A stretch of 63,558 bases of DNA, the filler included, from Dicyema japonicum (lineage: Eukaryota > Animalia > Dicyemida), in the NCBI GenBank assembly GCA_011109175.1. It is 7 parts of 7 records of this genome, joined end to end, with 100 filler letters (N's around TTAATTAATTAA, not from the genome) between each part and the next. Parts side by side here need not be neighbours in the genome. Positions count along the whole stretch, not along the records: positions 1 to 21,867 come from RDEW01000026.1; 6 more parts are not named here. One strand, given 5' to 3'. Shown here piece by piece: positions 1 to 13,665 of the stretch; within the stretch, counting starts at the first letter, position 1; every line of letters starts with the position of its first letter. Made by a program: the position numbers and the translations under genes. The notes beneath the pieces are model-generated. The model was given only the letters and a program-made list of their open reading frames with translations. It searched no databases and was not told the origin of the DNA.

Positions 1-227
1 AAAGTCTCAATAAATGCAGTCAAATTGACATCATTTGTCGGACTAAGGACTAACTCTGATTTCCGTTCTTACTAATGGTCGATGATAAATAGTGACCATA
101 AAATTGTTATTTACAGTTCTGTCTGAAGAAAAACTATATTGAACCGAATCTAAGCAAAACACCACAACCCATTCATATATGACAGAGAAGATCAGGTCTT
201 CAGTCGCTGCTGGGGATAACAAACAAT

Positions 228-536
228 CTTTTCACAAGAGCCATAATATTTATAGCTCTGCATAGGCAAAACACACTTTATTTAAGTAAAGAAAAAGATA
301 ATTTTAACTAATCGTAGAACCAAGGAATAATCTTCATTTCTTTTTTTCTTTTTCTTGTGTGTGGGTCCTTTTTAGACAATCCAGTTCCGCAGTGAGTTTC
401 CATTGGTGACGGCGTCACTCATCAAGCCATTTTTTGCATCGTAGATGCGTGGAACCTTCGACCAGGTGAACAGCAGCGAGAATCGAACCCGTGAGCTAAG
501 CCACTTGTGCCCGACACCTAACCACTATGCCACCCT
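228..536 (-). mobile_element. tRNA-derived SINE, copy A
   Basis: On the - strand it has a Pol III A box (TGGCATAGTGG) and B box (GGTTCGATTC). Body and tail align by eye with the copies at 4297, 29604 and 36067. Confidence 0.8.
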
Positions 537-1436
537 CTGCTGGAGATAAATAACCGAAAACATATTGACAGCCACCTAAATTCGAAACCGACTAACAAGA
601 CCAATGAGGCCAGACTAGAAGCATTATTTGCTTAATTATAAGCATAATTCCTAAAAAAAATAAACGTGAATCAGAATTAATTGCGAAATAATCCAGACCT
701 CACAACAGGATTTATAATAACATAATCCCCCATAACTATGTTGTTGTTCTGGTCTTTAATAAACATATTATTATGTCAGGTTCGAGATCACCTCGAGGGC
801 TCTTAGTCTCGGTCAATTCTGGAGTTGGCGGAGTAGTTTTTCTTGATAAGAGTAATGATTAGTAGTAGCAAACATTGATGATTTTTTTCCACATTTTTGA
901 AGATCTCTTTTTCCCGGTTTCAAAATCTTCTTTCTGACTGTTTTCCAAACACGTATTCCCTATAACAATTCCATTTAGTAAATTAATGAAACAAGTTATT
1001 TCCTAAACCTCTTTGATAATANTTTCCCGGTTTCTAAATCTTCTTTCTGGCTGTTTTCCAAACACGTATTCCCTATAACAATTCCATTTAGTAAATTAAT
1101 AAAAAAAGTTATTTCCTTAACCTTTTTGATAATATCTTGACTGGTTTTATTAACCCCAGGCTTACAATCATTGGCAATCACAACATAAATAGTCATAACT
1201 AATCAAAGAAAGAAATTTGGATGAGAATTTCTTCTTATGGCAATCCATCCTCAAATAGGGGTGGAATTTCGTTGACTAGAATTGACCTTGGTTGTAAAGT
1301 TCATCTTTGGTAATCAATCTTGACGCATTGCTGTTGATAGATATAATTGTACAAATTACTATAGAGGTTACCAAAGTCCTAAAATTCCTAATGAACAAGT
1401 AAATAAAACACAATAAGAATAAACAAAACCAAGTAA

Positions 1437-2141
1437 TTAAGTCCTAATATCATGTTGGAAAGGCATTATAGGTAATGCTATATTCCTCCAATGTTCGGGT
1501 GTTCTATACTTCATAGTAGCCTCCAATGCATTGATGATAGCCTTAGCAAAATTAGCCAAAGTTGCAGTAGCACCACGTGTACATGTATAACAATCATCAA
1601 GTCCACACATTCTTAATAACTTTTGAGGTACAATAGCAGCCACTAATCCAGTACCACGTGGAGCAGGTATTAGTCTAACAAGAACAGAACCACACTTTCC
1701 AGTAACCTTGTATGGTACAGTATGCATTGGTCCTATTTTATTACCCCAATATCCTTTACGAACTGGCACAATGTTTAGTTTGGCCAGAGAGACTGCCTCA
1801 CGCATTGAGTTTACTGCTTCCTTTGAACATTTTATACCCAATCCAACATGACCTTTACCATCACCAACTGCCACTATTGCCTTTTGTCTTGTTCTCTGTC
1901 CTGCTCTTGTCTGCTTCTGTACTGACTGCACTTTCAGTACTTCGTCAGTCAAATCTGGTAGTAAATGGTCTACTATTTCCACTTCCATTATTGGTAGAGA
2001 GGCTAAGAATATCTCCTCAATTGATGTTATTAGTCCTTCATTTACCATTCTACCCAGTCTTGTTATTGGTACCCATTCTTTCTTCGGTGGTGGAGCATTC
2101 TTCTGTCCTCTTCGTCCAAATCCACGAGGTCGTTGAGACAT
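1437..2141 (-). CDS. RPS2: 40S ribosomal protein S2 (uS5), intronless
   Basis: 234-aa ORF with [22 protein letters not shown] and [18 protein letters not shown] motifs. Confidence 0.97.
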   Translation of the reverse strand: MSQRPRGFGRRGQKNAPPPKKEWVPITRLGRMVNEGLITSIEEIFLASLPIMEVEIVDHLLPDLTDEVLKVQSVQKQTRAGQRTRQKAIVAVGDGKGHVGLGIKCSKEAVNSMREAVSLAKLNIVPVRKGYWGNKIGPMHTVPYKVTGKCGSVLVRLIPAPRGTGLVAAIVPQKLLRMCGLDDCYTCTRGATATLANFAKAIINALEATMKYRTPEHWRNIALPIMPFQHDIRT

Positions 2142-2229
2142 GTAACGTGCTTTTTAAATTTATTAATTATTATTAAAACATTTTTAATTTTTATATTTTT
2201 AATAAAACACATAATCTTTTTATATTTTT

Positions 2230-4000
2230 CTCAATCAGATTCCTCTGCAAGGATGAGAGTAGATTCTTTTTCTCGGTAGTTTGAACAATGGGAGACCACA
2301 GACGTTGGGTGACTTGTTTGATTGCGGGAACTGGTACTACCTAATGTTTTTTTTGTCTTTCTTTCTCGGTGATCCAGGGGTTCTGAAATAAATGCACGTG
2401 TCAGCTGTCTCTGACTATCTTCTAATCCTATTTGTATATGTGACTCTGAGAATCGGAAAAGAGCTCTTTTTAGGTGCCTGCACTTGGCCACTGAAAATTC
2501 TTGATTTTCTTTTCATCATCAGTCCCAAGTGAATAATCCGCACGTGGATTTTGTTTTTGGCTGTCAACCAGTCTTACACACTGTCCAGCTTCTGTTGATC
2601 CTTGAAGGTTAGAGTTGGCGCGGAACGGTTTCTGGTTGTGACGATAAGGTCATCTTCATAGGATAATAGCAGGGAATCTTGGAGTCATTTGTTGGCTTTT
2701 AGAAACAGATTGAATAGGGTTGGAGAAACTTGGGAGCCCTGGGACGCTAAGTTTGATGTTGAACGTGATCTTGATATGAGGCGGTTGAGCAAACCTTCTT
2801 AAATCGTACTGAGAGAAAACTGTTACAACTTCAATTTCGGATGAAAGAGTTTAATGAGACGGTTCCGTATGATGCTGGACTTCCTTTCGGTTTTCCAGGG
2901 TTCAGTATTGGAGATATGTTTTTCTATATGAGTTAAGATTTTGAATGATGGTTTAAATATTTCAAGTGAATTGAAGAAATATTGTTTAGACAGCATTCAC
3001 GCGAGCTCTTCGACGATATCTAGTTCAGGTTTCTCGAAAGGTCTTGATCGCCACGTAGTCCTTTATGAGTAGGTTAGGGTGTATCTTACATATGTACCTT
3101 ATAGGGACCCAGCCTGTCCCATCTGCATCCCCTAGATCTAATTTGATTTGTTTTCCAGAAAACAGGAACTTTTCTTATTGAGACGACTAACCAGATGCTT
3201 ATGTCTCCGATTATAATGTTCAATGGTAAGATGCTGTGGTTTCCATGTAATAAGTCACGCTAATGAGGCAGAGCATGTATATAAATTTGGAGATGTGGAG
3301 ACATCTTGTTCTTAATGTAGTCCTTGTGTGGACTTTGGTGTCTTTCAAGAAACAGGATCATCGATAGTTGTCAGAAGACTGTGATGTTAACCAAAGTGAG
3401 TGTCTTGTGTTGATGCCCATACATGATTAATTTTTTCAATATATGGAGGCATGATAGATACGGTGGTAAGACATGATCTTTTCGGAGGATTTTATACATT
3501 AACCAGAGTTATCCAAAAGAAGGGGAAGAACTCTAGTTTTATCGTTAGAGAACAAGATCCGACTCCAAAAGTTCAGTGGTCCATGTGCTTATGTCCATAG
3601 AGGATAGTCTGTTTTTTAATACCCCCACGGCTTTTCTTGAATTTAAAGAGCATCTGAAATTAATGATATCCCCAAGAATACAACTGATTAGGCAAATAAT
3701 TAAGAGACTAAACATTAACAACCGACACTTTTCCGGTCTCAAATCCACGGATTTCATTCCAGGGTATAATGAAATCCAGAATTTCCATGAGTCTACTAAC
3801 TAGATGATGCTGTCTCCGGTTATAAAGTTCTTTTATAATGTTTCTGTTAATTTCACGAGTGATTGCATACGTTATCGGCATAGATTAAAATTTCAGTTCT
3901 CAAATTGGATAATCAAAGACAAATGGATGATGTTGAATAAAGTGGATTTAATATGTCGTACATAATAAGCTATCCTGTCATTCAAATCAATCATCATGGC
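2230..4000 (-). mobile_element. Decayed APE-RT LINE (Jockey/I/L2-like)
   Basis: Broken RT motifs near 2650-2750 (GSQVSPTLFN, LLSYEDD) plus endonuclease-like remnants; many stops. Confidence 0.55.
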
Positions 4001-4296
4001 CTAGAAAAATTGAGTTGTCAGCTCTAACAGATAGTTAAATGCGGATATGGATTCAAGTTTTAATTTTATTCTCAATTTTACCGATACAGTTGGAAGTTAG
4101 ATTCTTTCATGATTATGATTCATTCCATTCATTTACCACCTTAAATTATTTCCTGAACATAAACTGTTGGAGTAAAAACATACAAATCCTTCAACTCTCC
4201 AAGGTAAAACTATATTAGTCTTATAATGAAATTATAAACAGGTGAATAATCATACTGAAGAACTAAGTTGTCTTTGGTTGATACTGCACTTTACGA

Positions 4297-4515
4297 ATAT
4301 TATAGCTCATACCAGACAGGACATACTTTATTTTAATTAAAAAACAGCTAATATAACTAATCGATGAGGGAGAACCAAGAAATGCTCTTAACTTCTTTTT
4401 TTCTTTTTGTTGGGTATGAGTCCTTTTGTAAACGATTCGGTTCCGCAGTGAGATGTTCAATAATGAAGGAGTCACTTGTCAAATAAAAGCATCGTAGATG
4501 CGTGGAACCTTCGAA
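4297..4515 (-). mobile_element. SINE copy B, 5'-truncated (no tRNA head)
   Basis: Shares GCATCGTAGATGCGTGGAACCTTCGA, GTTCCGCAGTGAG and the tail with copy A. Confidence 0.7.
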
Positions 4516-5649
4516 CTAAAGGCTATCAAGCCTTTTATCACCTGTCCAGTCTTTAGTTAAGATATTATAGACTCTTCCACATTGATACCCAACTAAATAT
4601 TATCCGGAATAGTCTGAAGTCTTTTCTTCTTAATTTGGTAGAAGTGTCCGATTTGTTCATTGATTCCGAAAAGATTAAAAGATTTCAATTTAAACCACTT
4701 TCTAAGAGACTGATTGAGCCTTAATTAGTTACTTAGTTAAGTAATCCCGGCCTCACTATCTTGTAGTAGGCCAGCAGCTATAAAATAGGACGAAGCAAAT
4801 GCCGATTGCTCCCATAGATCGAAATCAATCTCTGCATTTTAGACGAACGTTTTGATAATTCATGATATTCAAATAAATGATTTGTTGTCAACTCGTAGAG
4901 GTTGTAAAAGGGACAGAGGACATCGTGCGTCGGTAGAGAAGGGTAGTGCCCACATCATAGACGAGCTATGTTTATTTGGACGTCGCCCAGAAAAAAAGAT
5001 TCTGATTGGTCTATTGAAGGAGGGGGCTGGAGTAGCATTTTATTATCACAGAGTCTTTGGATGCTTTTCGTAGAAACAAAATCGTGTATCTGCTTCAGAC
5101 GGGCTGGGAGAGATGAATGATAGCATTCGAGACAGGTCACTGGTTGTCATAATAATTTTTGTTTTATTTTGAGGTTTGCATAAAAAGTGGCTGGAGGCTT
5201 AAAAGAGGAATTGCAGTGCTCTCATTTTCAAATGGTCTCCAATTGGAAAGATCTTTGATTCTTAGTCAAGATGATCAATAGGGGTTGATCTGAGTAATTG
5301 TTCTGAGAGCTATGTTTTGGATTTTTTGTAGTTTGTCGATATAAGTAAGGGAGGATGAGGTTGATCAACAAAGACTTGCATAGTTAATTGTGGTTCGAAT
5401 GAATTGTTTATGATGGTTATGGCCTCTGCTTTGGCCGAAGAAATGGCTTGATAAAACTTTCATTATTTTGATTTTGCGAGAGACCTCTGTACATTGTTCC
5501 TCCACATGTTTAGAGAAAGTTTGTAGTTGGTCGAAAATGAATCCAAGTATTTTTGGGATGTTTCGTAACAAAGAGTGTTTGTTCATGAAATGTTAAAAAA
5601 ATATTTTTAATTATAAAAATTTATTAACAATAGAATATTATTTATTATG

Positions 5650-6600
5650 GGGGAGAGCGGCTGCTGACATCACGGAGTAAGCGTTTCCGCGGACAACTGC
5701 GATATCAATTCTTTTCCTCAGCCAGACCCCTTCCCGCACGTCTTTCTTGCGGTGGGCCAATTTCCCCCCGATTTCCTTTAGGAAAGAGGCTGTAATACTT
5801 CCGGCCGCACCAGACGTCTCGATTGCTACCGGTACAAACCGATAGCGGTCTCCAATTTCGCTAATATTTTTTAATCTTGATTTTTTCGGCCAGATTGGCT
5901 GCCGATCTAGCAGACTGCGCCGAGTTGAGTATCATCGAACTCGAGAAAGAATCCACAACAGTGCAGTCCCATACGAGCGATTTTCCCTCAGTGAACGGAA
6001 AGATAGTTAACCCATCCGGTTTTTTCCTATCTCCGCGGTCCAATCCCACAAGCTCCAGTACTGCCGGGAAGCCTGCCGCTTCAAGAGCTCGCATGACAAT
6101 GTTGTTCATAGCAGCATGGCGGGGTGCTCTACCCGCACTCCATTTGCACGAGAGCGGGTCCAGCCCTTTGGCATCGACGACCCCTCCACAGCGACATTGG
6201 TGTTCGACGCAAACATCAACTCCCAGGCGTTGTGCGATCCCAATCCAAATGCAGTCATCGTTTAAAAGGGTCCCCAGGGAGGAACACGGGAGTGCATCCA
6301 GCCACGCCCCGCTCTCATGGTTGGCGACGGACACGAGACATGCAAGACGATGCTTGTTGGCCTCAGACTTTAGCACGTCGAAGATATTCTTGGAGTAGAT
6401 ATCATCCCAGTCACGTTGCCTCGAAGGATCGTTCGGCATATCCTAGCCAGTTTCACACCATTCGCGACGAGCTGGTGTAGTACCGAGTTGAAAGAGTCGA
6501 CCACGTTGATGAAATCACTCCGATTTCTTTATGTTTATCTCAAGTCCGAGGTTTCGTAGTGCCGGCACGGCATGTGACAGAACGTCGTGTACTTTTCTCC
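5650..6600 (-). mobile_element. CRE-clade non-LTR retrotransposon, 3' part (Zn knuckle + restriction-like endonuclease)
   Basis: ORF 5861-6439 has SGAWLDALP, CRCG..PLSC..RHAAMN and KPDGLTI..SLVWDCTVVD. Confidence 0.85.
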
Positions 6601-6684
6601 ACGGCCCTCCAATTGTGGCGTCATCTAGATACCAGAGGTTAGTTGTGTGTCTATAGAGCGGGCAATTTCATCGATGGCCGATTG

Positions 6685-7290
6685 TTAAAATTGATTGAAA
6701 ATTTTGTTGGCGACGGTTGTAAGTGAATAAAGTGACAGTGGATTTCGATGGAGATAAGTGATTTGCTCCAAACCACTCTTAAGGGTGTTCAAGTGGTTCT
6801 GAACATCCTTCGTTGCTTCGTTAACGTCTTTGTCTTTAGAGGGGATAATCAGGTCATCCGCATATAATAGAAGTATCTTGAAATTGGTTAGAATATCGCT
6901 TAGATGCAAGTTGAATAAGGTAGTGTACAAAACGAAGCCTTAAGGAACTCTATTTGGAAGGAACTGAATATGTATTGGAGTGTCCGGCTTGGAAGCTGTC
7001 CGAGTTTGTGATTTTTTGTCATTGAGGATAACTAGTTGTTCTCGTTGAGAGAGGATCTGAAACCTCCTCTCATTACTTTTTTGGCGACTAGCCAAAGCGG
7101 ATCTTTTGCATTAAGTCTCCGCAGATTAATACGTCTTAGGGAGTAATGTTTCATACAGAGACCTGGTGGTGGGATGTAAATATTTACAAATGTGTACGGT
7201 GTGTGGTTTATTTTGACCAAGACGGAAGTATATTCGATGTGATTGTTACCTTCAAACAGAGCTTGTGTCTGAGAGAAGGTATCAGAGAAT
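6685..7290 (-). mobile_element. Decayed LINE fragments (RT and APE)
   Basis: TLFNLHLSD..LLYADD (RT) and TFVNIYIPPP (APE). Confidence 0.7.
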
Positions 7291-7414
7291 GGAATAGATT
7301 TGAAATCGTACACGGCATTTTTCTTTATACTGATAATAATTTTTTTCTAAAAATTAAATCTTTGTAAAAACTATTTATTTTTAATATAAATTAAAAACAA
7401 TAACGTGTTAATAA

Positions 7415-8263
7415 ATGTGCGATGTTGTTTCTGTTGGTGTGGAGTTTTCTCAACTGTACTATGATGCTCTTAGTTCGTCATTAGAGAATCTATCTAAGTA
7501 TTACTGAATAATAAATAATAGGATGTATGACAATGATGGAAAGCACTATTGTAATGGTGAATATGTGGAAGGGAATAAAGTATATCCAATGTAATGACTA
7601 GAATATAATATCTAATTTGATGAAATATAAGGGAAATAAGTATATTATAAAAGATATATCTTCATTCCTAATAAACGATATTATATCGATACACGTCATG
7701 GGCGAGACACGCAATAGACAATTTTACCACTCTTTTATATTACAGAACATTAGCAGCATATATACAATCAGAGCCTCTTCATTTTTTAATGAGGAGGATG
7801 GAGTGGTAAATACCACGTGGGCATCTGCTGTTGGTAATGTGGGTGTTCGTAATCAATATGTGAAGGGAATTGTTAAGGAAAAGTATATTATGGTAGTGTT
7901 TGTAGAAGTGAGGTAAAGGAAGTAAAGGGTGAAGTGAAGGATGATGCTAAGGAAACAAAGAATGATGGGAGTAGTACAGTATTTGTAGGTAATATTCCTA
8001 ATGAGGTAAATGATGAAGAATTTCAGTCATATTTTGAGGGTATTAATATTATTAATGTAAGAATTTGGTGAAGTAAAATCAATAAAAATAGTGAGAGGAT
8101 CATTTAACGATGTAATAAGGGTTATTTGTTTATATTATTGTAGCAATATGCTTTTGTAGACTTTTATGATCAGTCTGCTGTCCATAATGCTCTCTCTGTT
8201 AAGAAACATGTCTTTGGGGGGAAACTCATTAAAGTTGAGTCTAGGAGGATTAAAACTAATTAA
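7415..8263 (+). CDS. G3BP/Rasputin-like NTF2 + RRM protein, 244 aa, 6 exons
   Basis: Removing GT-AG introns 7498-7521, 7580-7601, 7883-7905, 8040-8061 and 8121-8143 gives a continuous 735-nt frame. NTF2-like N-terminus VGVEFSQLYYDAL...RQFYHSFIL; RRM with RNP2 VFVGNI and RNP1 QYAFVDF. Confidence 0.8.
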
Positions 8264-9699
8264 TATTTCATTAATTTTCTATTCATACATTTATGGATTT
8301 ATTCTATTTGTCTATATTAATTAAGCTATATTATATTCACCACTCTTCCCATTTAATAGTGGCTACACTAAGGAGAGGGTTTATTCATAGGGAAGGTATT
8401 AAGAATACAATGGACAATGATGGGACTCCATTTGAGAGGTCTTGTCACTTTCCCATTGTTGTTTGTTTTGTAATGGTAAGGGTGACCTATTTGTAATATT
8501 TTTATTACCGGTAGTTGATTGCCAAGGTTTTTAATTTGTTTCTAAGAGCATTTGTAAATGCTAAGGGTGGAATATATCTATACGAACTCTGAATATTATT
8601 CCATTAAGATGCCTGATAGCAACGATTAATCAGATGATGTTAAACAAATAATGCCAAGGAGGGCCAGACTGATTGTGAAAAGTTGATGTGATCCTTGAGA
8701 TATAAATTAACTATTAGTAAAATTCTTAAGATGATTTGGTTATAATCGGTGCTTAATACGTATATTGTAGTCGTAAGGGAACGAGAGGCAAAGGAGATTT
8801 TTGTATTATGGATGGTTACCATCACCTGTCATTAATGAAATTTATTATAAATCAATGATAATTAACAATCACTTTTTTCCTCAATAAATTGATTTATTTT
8901 ATTAACAGCCAATCTTAGGAAATAGATTCCAACTGCAATGGGATAGACATCACTCTTTTTGAATGCCAGTAGGTGGGCAGATAAGGTCCCTTGATGTAAT
9001 ATCCTCATTGACTATACGGTAGGTAGGATTAGTAATCGACTCAAGAAGATTATGTCCAGCCTCATCTGTAGGACCAGACGTCAGATCCTTGATATGGCCC
9101 GGACGCAGTCTATCCGATGCAATCCCGAGTCACATCTCTCGCGTTGATATTATTATTGCATTCCCGAGAAAACATGAAATTAGTTAAGTTTCCCTTGTGC
9201 CGTATTTCGAATCATCATCTCCGTCAGCTTCGACCATGATCTTCTTTTGCGCACTAGTTCTCTTAGGTAGTCCAGGTCGTCCTCCATTTCCATTATAATG
9301 TCAGATGCTGTCCACACTCTTGTTACACAGTGAATCAGAGACCATAATGTCGGCAGGCCGATGGGAGGATAAAAAGGTGGAATTTGTCAAACAGTTCTGT
9401 ACATTATACGGTCGTTTTTGTCTCTTGTAGACAGCAGACAGAGACGTCATATTTTGTTAGATCGCATGTGTTTCTTGTAAGGTTGTTTCCTCTGCAATTG
9501 TTTCCTCTGCAATTGAAAGATCCCATAGTAAACGGATAAGTCGGTAAGAATATATTGGTTGAGGTGGTGACGACGCCTCTATTGCACTATGTCTTATTCG
9601 TATTCTTTTATTCTCGCGTTGATAGGTATCTTTAAAGTGGTTTCAAGAGTAGTAGGTATGTAAAGGTCGTCCGGAAAGTTTGGATGTTTCCTCCTTGGA

Positions 9700-12620
9700 C
9701 AGTCGGGAATAGGAAAAGTACTGTATCGTTCAAAGTAACTAATCGTAAAGATGCTCGGATATCGCCTTCGAGAAGTTTTCGATTCACCCTCTTTTTGAGT
9801 TTAGCAGAATTGGAGTTTTTTCTGTGGGATCGTTAGAGAGGAAAAAGATATCATTGAAACCTCAATTCTGATTAATATGAGGAGGCCTACATCTTTTTCA
9901 TATTTTGTCTGAAGAAAGTAAAAGTTGGTTGGCGAAGGTTGAGTTCTATCTCTTGGAAATATCCACAGAATGATAAAGTGTAGTGACTATTTCTGTTAAT
10001 ATATCGTCTTTTTAGTCATTTTATTTATATTACCTTTAATACATAAAGGTAACTGAATTAGGTGATCCCGGCTCCCCTTATCTTCATTGCCATTTTCACC
10101 TAGTGCCATTGAGAGAGTCCACCGCTTTCCAGAAATATCTGGCCTTGTGACTCTTGGGGGAAGGATATCTGAGGGAGGACCGCCCATTTTCCGATCTTGA
10201 CACGGACAAACGTGGTGAATTTCTTGTTCTTTACCGAACCTGAGGAATCCGAAGCCATTCCTTCATATCGATGACTCTGATAGAAGATGTTTAGGATAGA
10301 GTCCGCACAATACCATAGAGTCTTCTCGCGTAACGATTTGATTTTTGTCAAACTTCGACGCAAAGAGTGGGAACCTCCAGCATATTTTATAGTAGACACA
10401 ATGGTTTATCGGTATAATTTATGTATCCAGTCTTCTATTGGGTATGGACTTGAAGTAATAAATTCCTTGAGGATATTCAATTTCTAGAGTTTTTTCCAGT
10501 GCTATTAAGATTATTAGTGTGTCCTATGTCATGCCAAGGATTTTAGGATTTTAGATGCGCCTATAGGCACATATCCTTGGAAGACTCTGGAGATAACATT
10601 GTAACGACGATCCTATGTGAACAGAGTAAAGGTAGATTTTAACATTAATACAAACTATTGTTACATAAAACCAGTTGATAATACTATCTATGTATTCCTA
10701 AACTACCACAGTCGTTAAGGGGGATCTGTTACTAGAGATGATAACATCATATGCACAAGACAGGAGTAGTGTGTTTGGATCTTCAATCTGAGGGACGTCA
10801 TGAAGAAATCAATTAAACAATATTGAATAAAATGGAGAGCCACGTAGGACTCCATTTGACAACAATATGAATCTCGCCTTACTATTTCTCAAGAATACCG
10901 TCAGAATCTTTATCGTTGGATGTGTTATCGAAACAGTCAATCGCCTTTTTAACATCGAATAAAATCATTGTTGTGCACATATGAGCTCTTGAAGCATTAA
11001 AGTCAATAATAATTTTGGATAGAGTTGACATGTGGGTTGTTATGGATTTTATAATTCGGAAACCACGTTGATAAGGTGGTGCCGGTAAGTCATGAATAAT
11101 TGTAGTAAGAAATAACATTTCTAATACTTTTGAGAGAATACACGTCAGTGAGATCGGGAAATATAAAGAGGAATCATTCTTTAATTTTCTGACTTTTAGG
11201 GGTAAAAATGAATTCTTCCTGATGTTAGGGAGGGTCTGCCACATTCACTGAATAGTAGCAAATGTCCATGAATATCAGTCTTGTCTGAGGCCCTCAGTGT
11301 TTCAGGTAACTTAAAGACACTCCATCGGGGCCACGATTAGTCTGAATGGACGATAGTGAAAAATATCGTGTTAGGGATTGATTTTAGTCAGAATGGGCGA
11401 GTGTTGACCCTGAAGGGTGTTTTATAACATACATTAAATTTGATGAGTTTGTTAGTGAGTTTTTGTTTATTCTTAGTTGGAGGGAAATCAAGTTAATTTG
11501 TCTTATAGTCAAATGTATCCTCATCATGCTTTGGTTATATACGAACACAGTCTGATTTTATACAAGAAATAGTGTATCCCAATGGAGAATGACACTACTA
11601 AGCATATTGACTGCTTTATCAATCCTAATATTTATTACTCTCAACCCATAAAACTGGGAATCCACATAATTAGTGGTGGAAGCGCTGTGACCTTATAACT
11701 GTAGAATAATGGGGTTATGGTCACTTGAGAAATCATACCGAACGTTCAAAGTTGATAACCCCATTAATGAGGGAGAACATAACGTAATATCCGGGAATAT
11801 GTGCATTAGTAATTCGATAGGGGTCAGTGTGTGAGAATAGGAATTATTGAGGGTGATCAGATCACCGAAACAGTTGAGGATATATTCTACTGTGAGTGTA
11901 CTGCATTTGAGAAAGAGTACTCGATAAAGATTTTCTTCAATGTTCAGCGACCCTCATACAGTCCGGAGAGACTAAGAAAAGCATATGTGAATGAAAATTC
12001 CATTCTAATAATCTTAAAAAGCCCCCAACCACACCCAGCGAAGCACTGTGTGAATAAATCGGTGAGTTTTGCTTCTTGAATTAGTGATATGTCCACTTTA
12101 CGACTCGTCAATAGAATACGAAGTTCAAGTACTTTTCTTCTGATTCCATTCACATTTAATTGCGAGATCCCCAAAGAGGANTTCAAAGTTGATAACCCCA
12201 TTAATGAGGGAGAACATAACGTAATATCCGGAAATGTGTGCATTAGTAATTCGATAGGGGTCAGTATGTGAGAGTAGGAATTATTGAGGGTGATCAGATC
12301 ACCGAAACAGTTGAGGATATATTCTACTGTGAGTGTATTGCATTTGAGAAAGAGTACTCGATGAAGATTTTCTTCAATGTTCAGCGACCCTCATACAGTC
12401 CGGAGAGACTAAGAAAAGCATATGTGAATGAAAATTCCATTCTAATAATCTTAAAAGGCCCCCAACCACACCCAGCGAAGCGCTGTGTGAATAAATCGGT
12501 GAGTTTTGCTTCTTGAATTAGTGATATGTCCACTTTACGACTCGTCAATAGAATACGAAGTTCAAATACTTTTCTTCTGATTCCATTCACATTTAATTGC
12601 GAGATCTCCAAAGAGGAATA
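9700..12620 (-). mobile_element. Cluster of decayed Jockey/I-like LINE fragments, including a ~437-bp tandem duplicate
   Basis: APE start ISQLNVNGIRRK..LIQEAKL occurs twice (11944-12243, 12381-12611). RT piece YFPISLTCILSKVLE..QRGFR..DVKKAID at 10882-11244. Confidence 0.7.
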
Positions 12621-13314
12621 AACTTTGTAGTTCTGCTCTAATTGCCGCAGAGAACAGTCAAGGATCAGGGAAGTAAGGAGGCCACCCCATTATGAGAACC
12701 AATGATGGTACACTATTATTATGACTGTCGTAGGAACAAAATGTAAAAAAGTATTAAGTTTCCACATGTGCCTCACATGGGACTATTCCATTAAATTTTT
12801 AGCATTTTCGTTTGCAGGCCATATACCATATCTAGTGGCGCCAGATTTAATGCTAAATTATACTCAAAAAGAACCATTAGTCAACAACCACCCTGATGAG
12901 TTCCCTTTAGACGGTACTTATTTCAAGTCCGAGAATGTGTAGACTGCTGAGGTAGGCTGGGATCACCTGATTTTTTTGTCATTCTAGCTATCACGGTGTT
13001 TTTCTGGTTCAATAAAATAAAAAAAAACAGAGAAGGCCGAGCGGATTAAATGTGTACAGTACGCGGTCCTAATCAAAGGTTTTTTGATTGTTATACTCGC
13101 CGTAGAGACGTCTGATTTCCTTGGAATTCTTGATTCGTCTAGGGCATCGGATTTATACATGATCAGGATATCCTCGTGAACACTGCTAGTTATTTGAGCA
13201 AATCTCACTTGTTTATCTGAAAGAGAGTACCCACACAATCAGGGCATCTACTGTAGGACCATTTTCTCACTTTATTTTTTTAAATGACAATTATTTAACA
13301 AAAACAAATGTTAG

Positions 13315-13665
13315 TTAAGGAAACCGTCTGCGTGGATCGAGTTCCCTAGGAGTATTGCCATTCCAATCTTTTGTCTCAGCCTTCTCGTTGATCCCTTTTC
13401 TTTCTGGCAAGCATTCCTCCGAGTTCGCGCAAGCCGTCATTGGACCAACGGTTCCCAATGACTCGGCCGCAACTAGAGTAAATCGGTAGCGGTCCCCGAG
13501 GCAGTAATATTTCTTGATTTTTAAGTTTTCCGAAGTCGAAGCAGCTGCTCCAGGTGTCTGAATTGATTTGTAAAGATTCGTGCTTGAGAATGTGTCAACA
13601 CAAGTTGCGTCCCAGACCAAAGATCTTCCGGATGTGAAAGGGAAAAGGGTCATCTTGTCAGGTCT
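13315..13665 (-). mobile_element. CRE-clade retrotransposon 3' fragment
   Basis: RPDKMTLFPFTSGRSLVWDATCVDT..KIKKY, homologous to the 5861 ORF. Confidence 0.8.

Noticed and set aside
385-430. Hammerhead-like TGATGA-GTGAC/GTCAC-..GAAA in the SINE core
   Set aside because: It starts UUGA rather than CUGA, GAAA does not follow stem II directly, and GAAA is absent in other copies.
1712-2176. 154-aa + strand ORF and other antisense ORFs (e.g. 5877-6398, 50714-51109, 56053-56757)
   Set aside because: They are shadows of real opposite-strand coding sequence and show no motifs.
11745-12617. Near-identical tandem duplications (also ~906-1110, ~17670-18390, ~19206-19690)
   Set aside because: A single N sits at or near the copy junction in each; they are most simply unmerged haplotype or contig overlaps.
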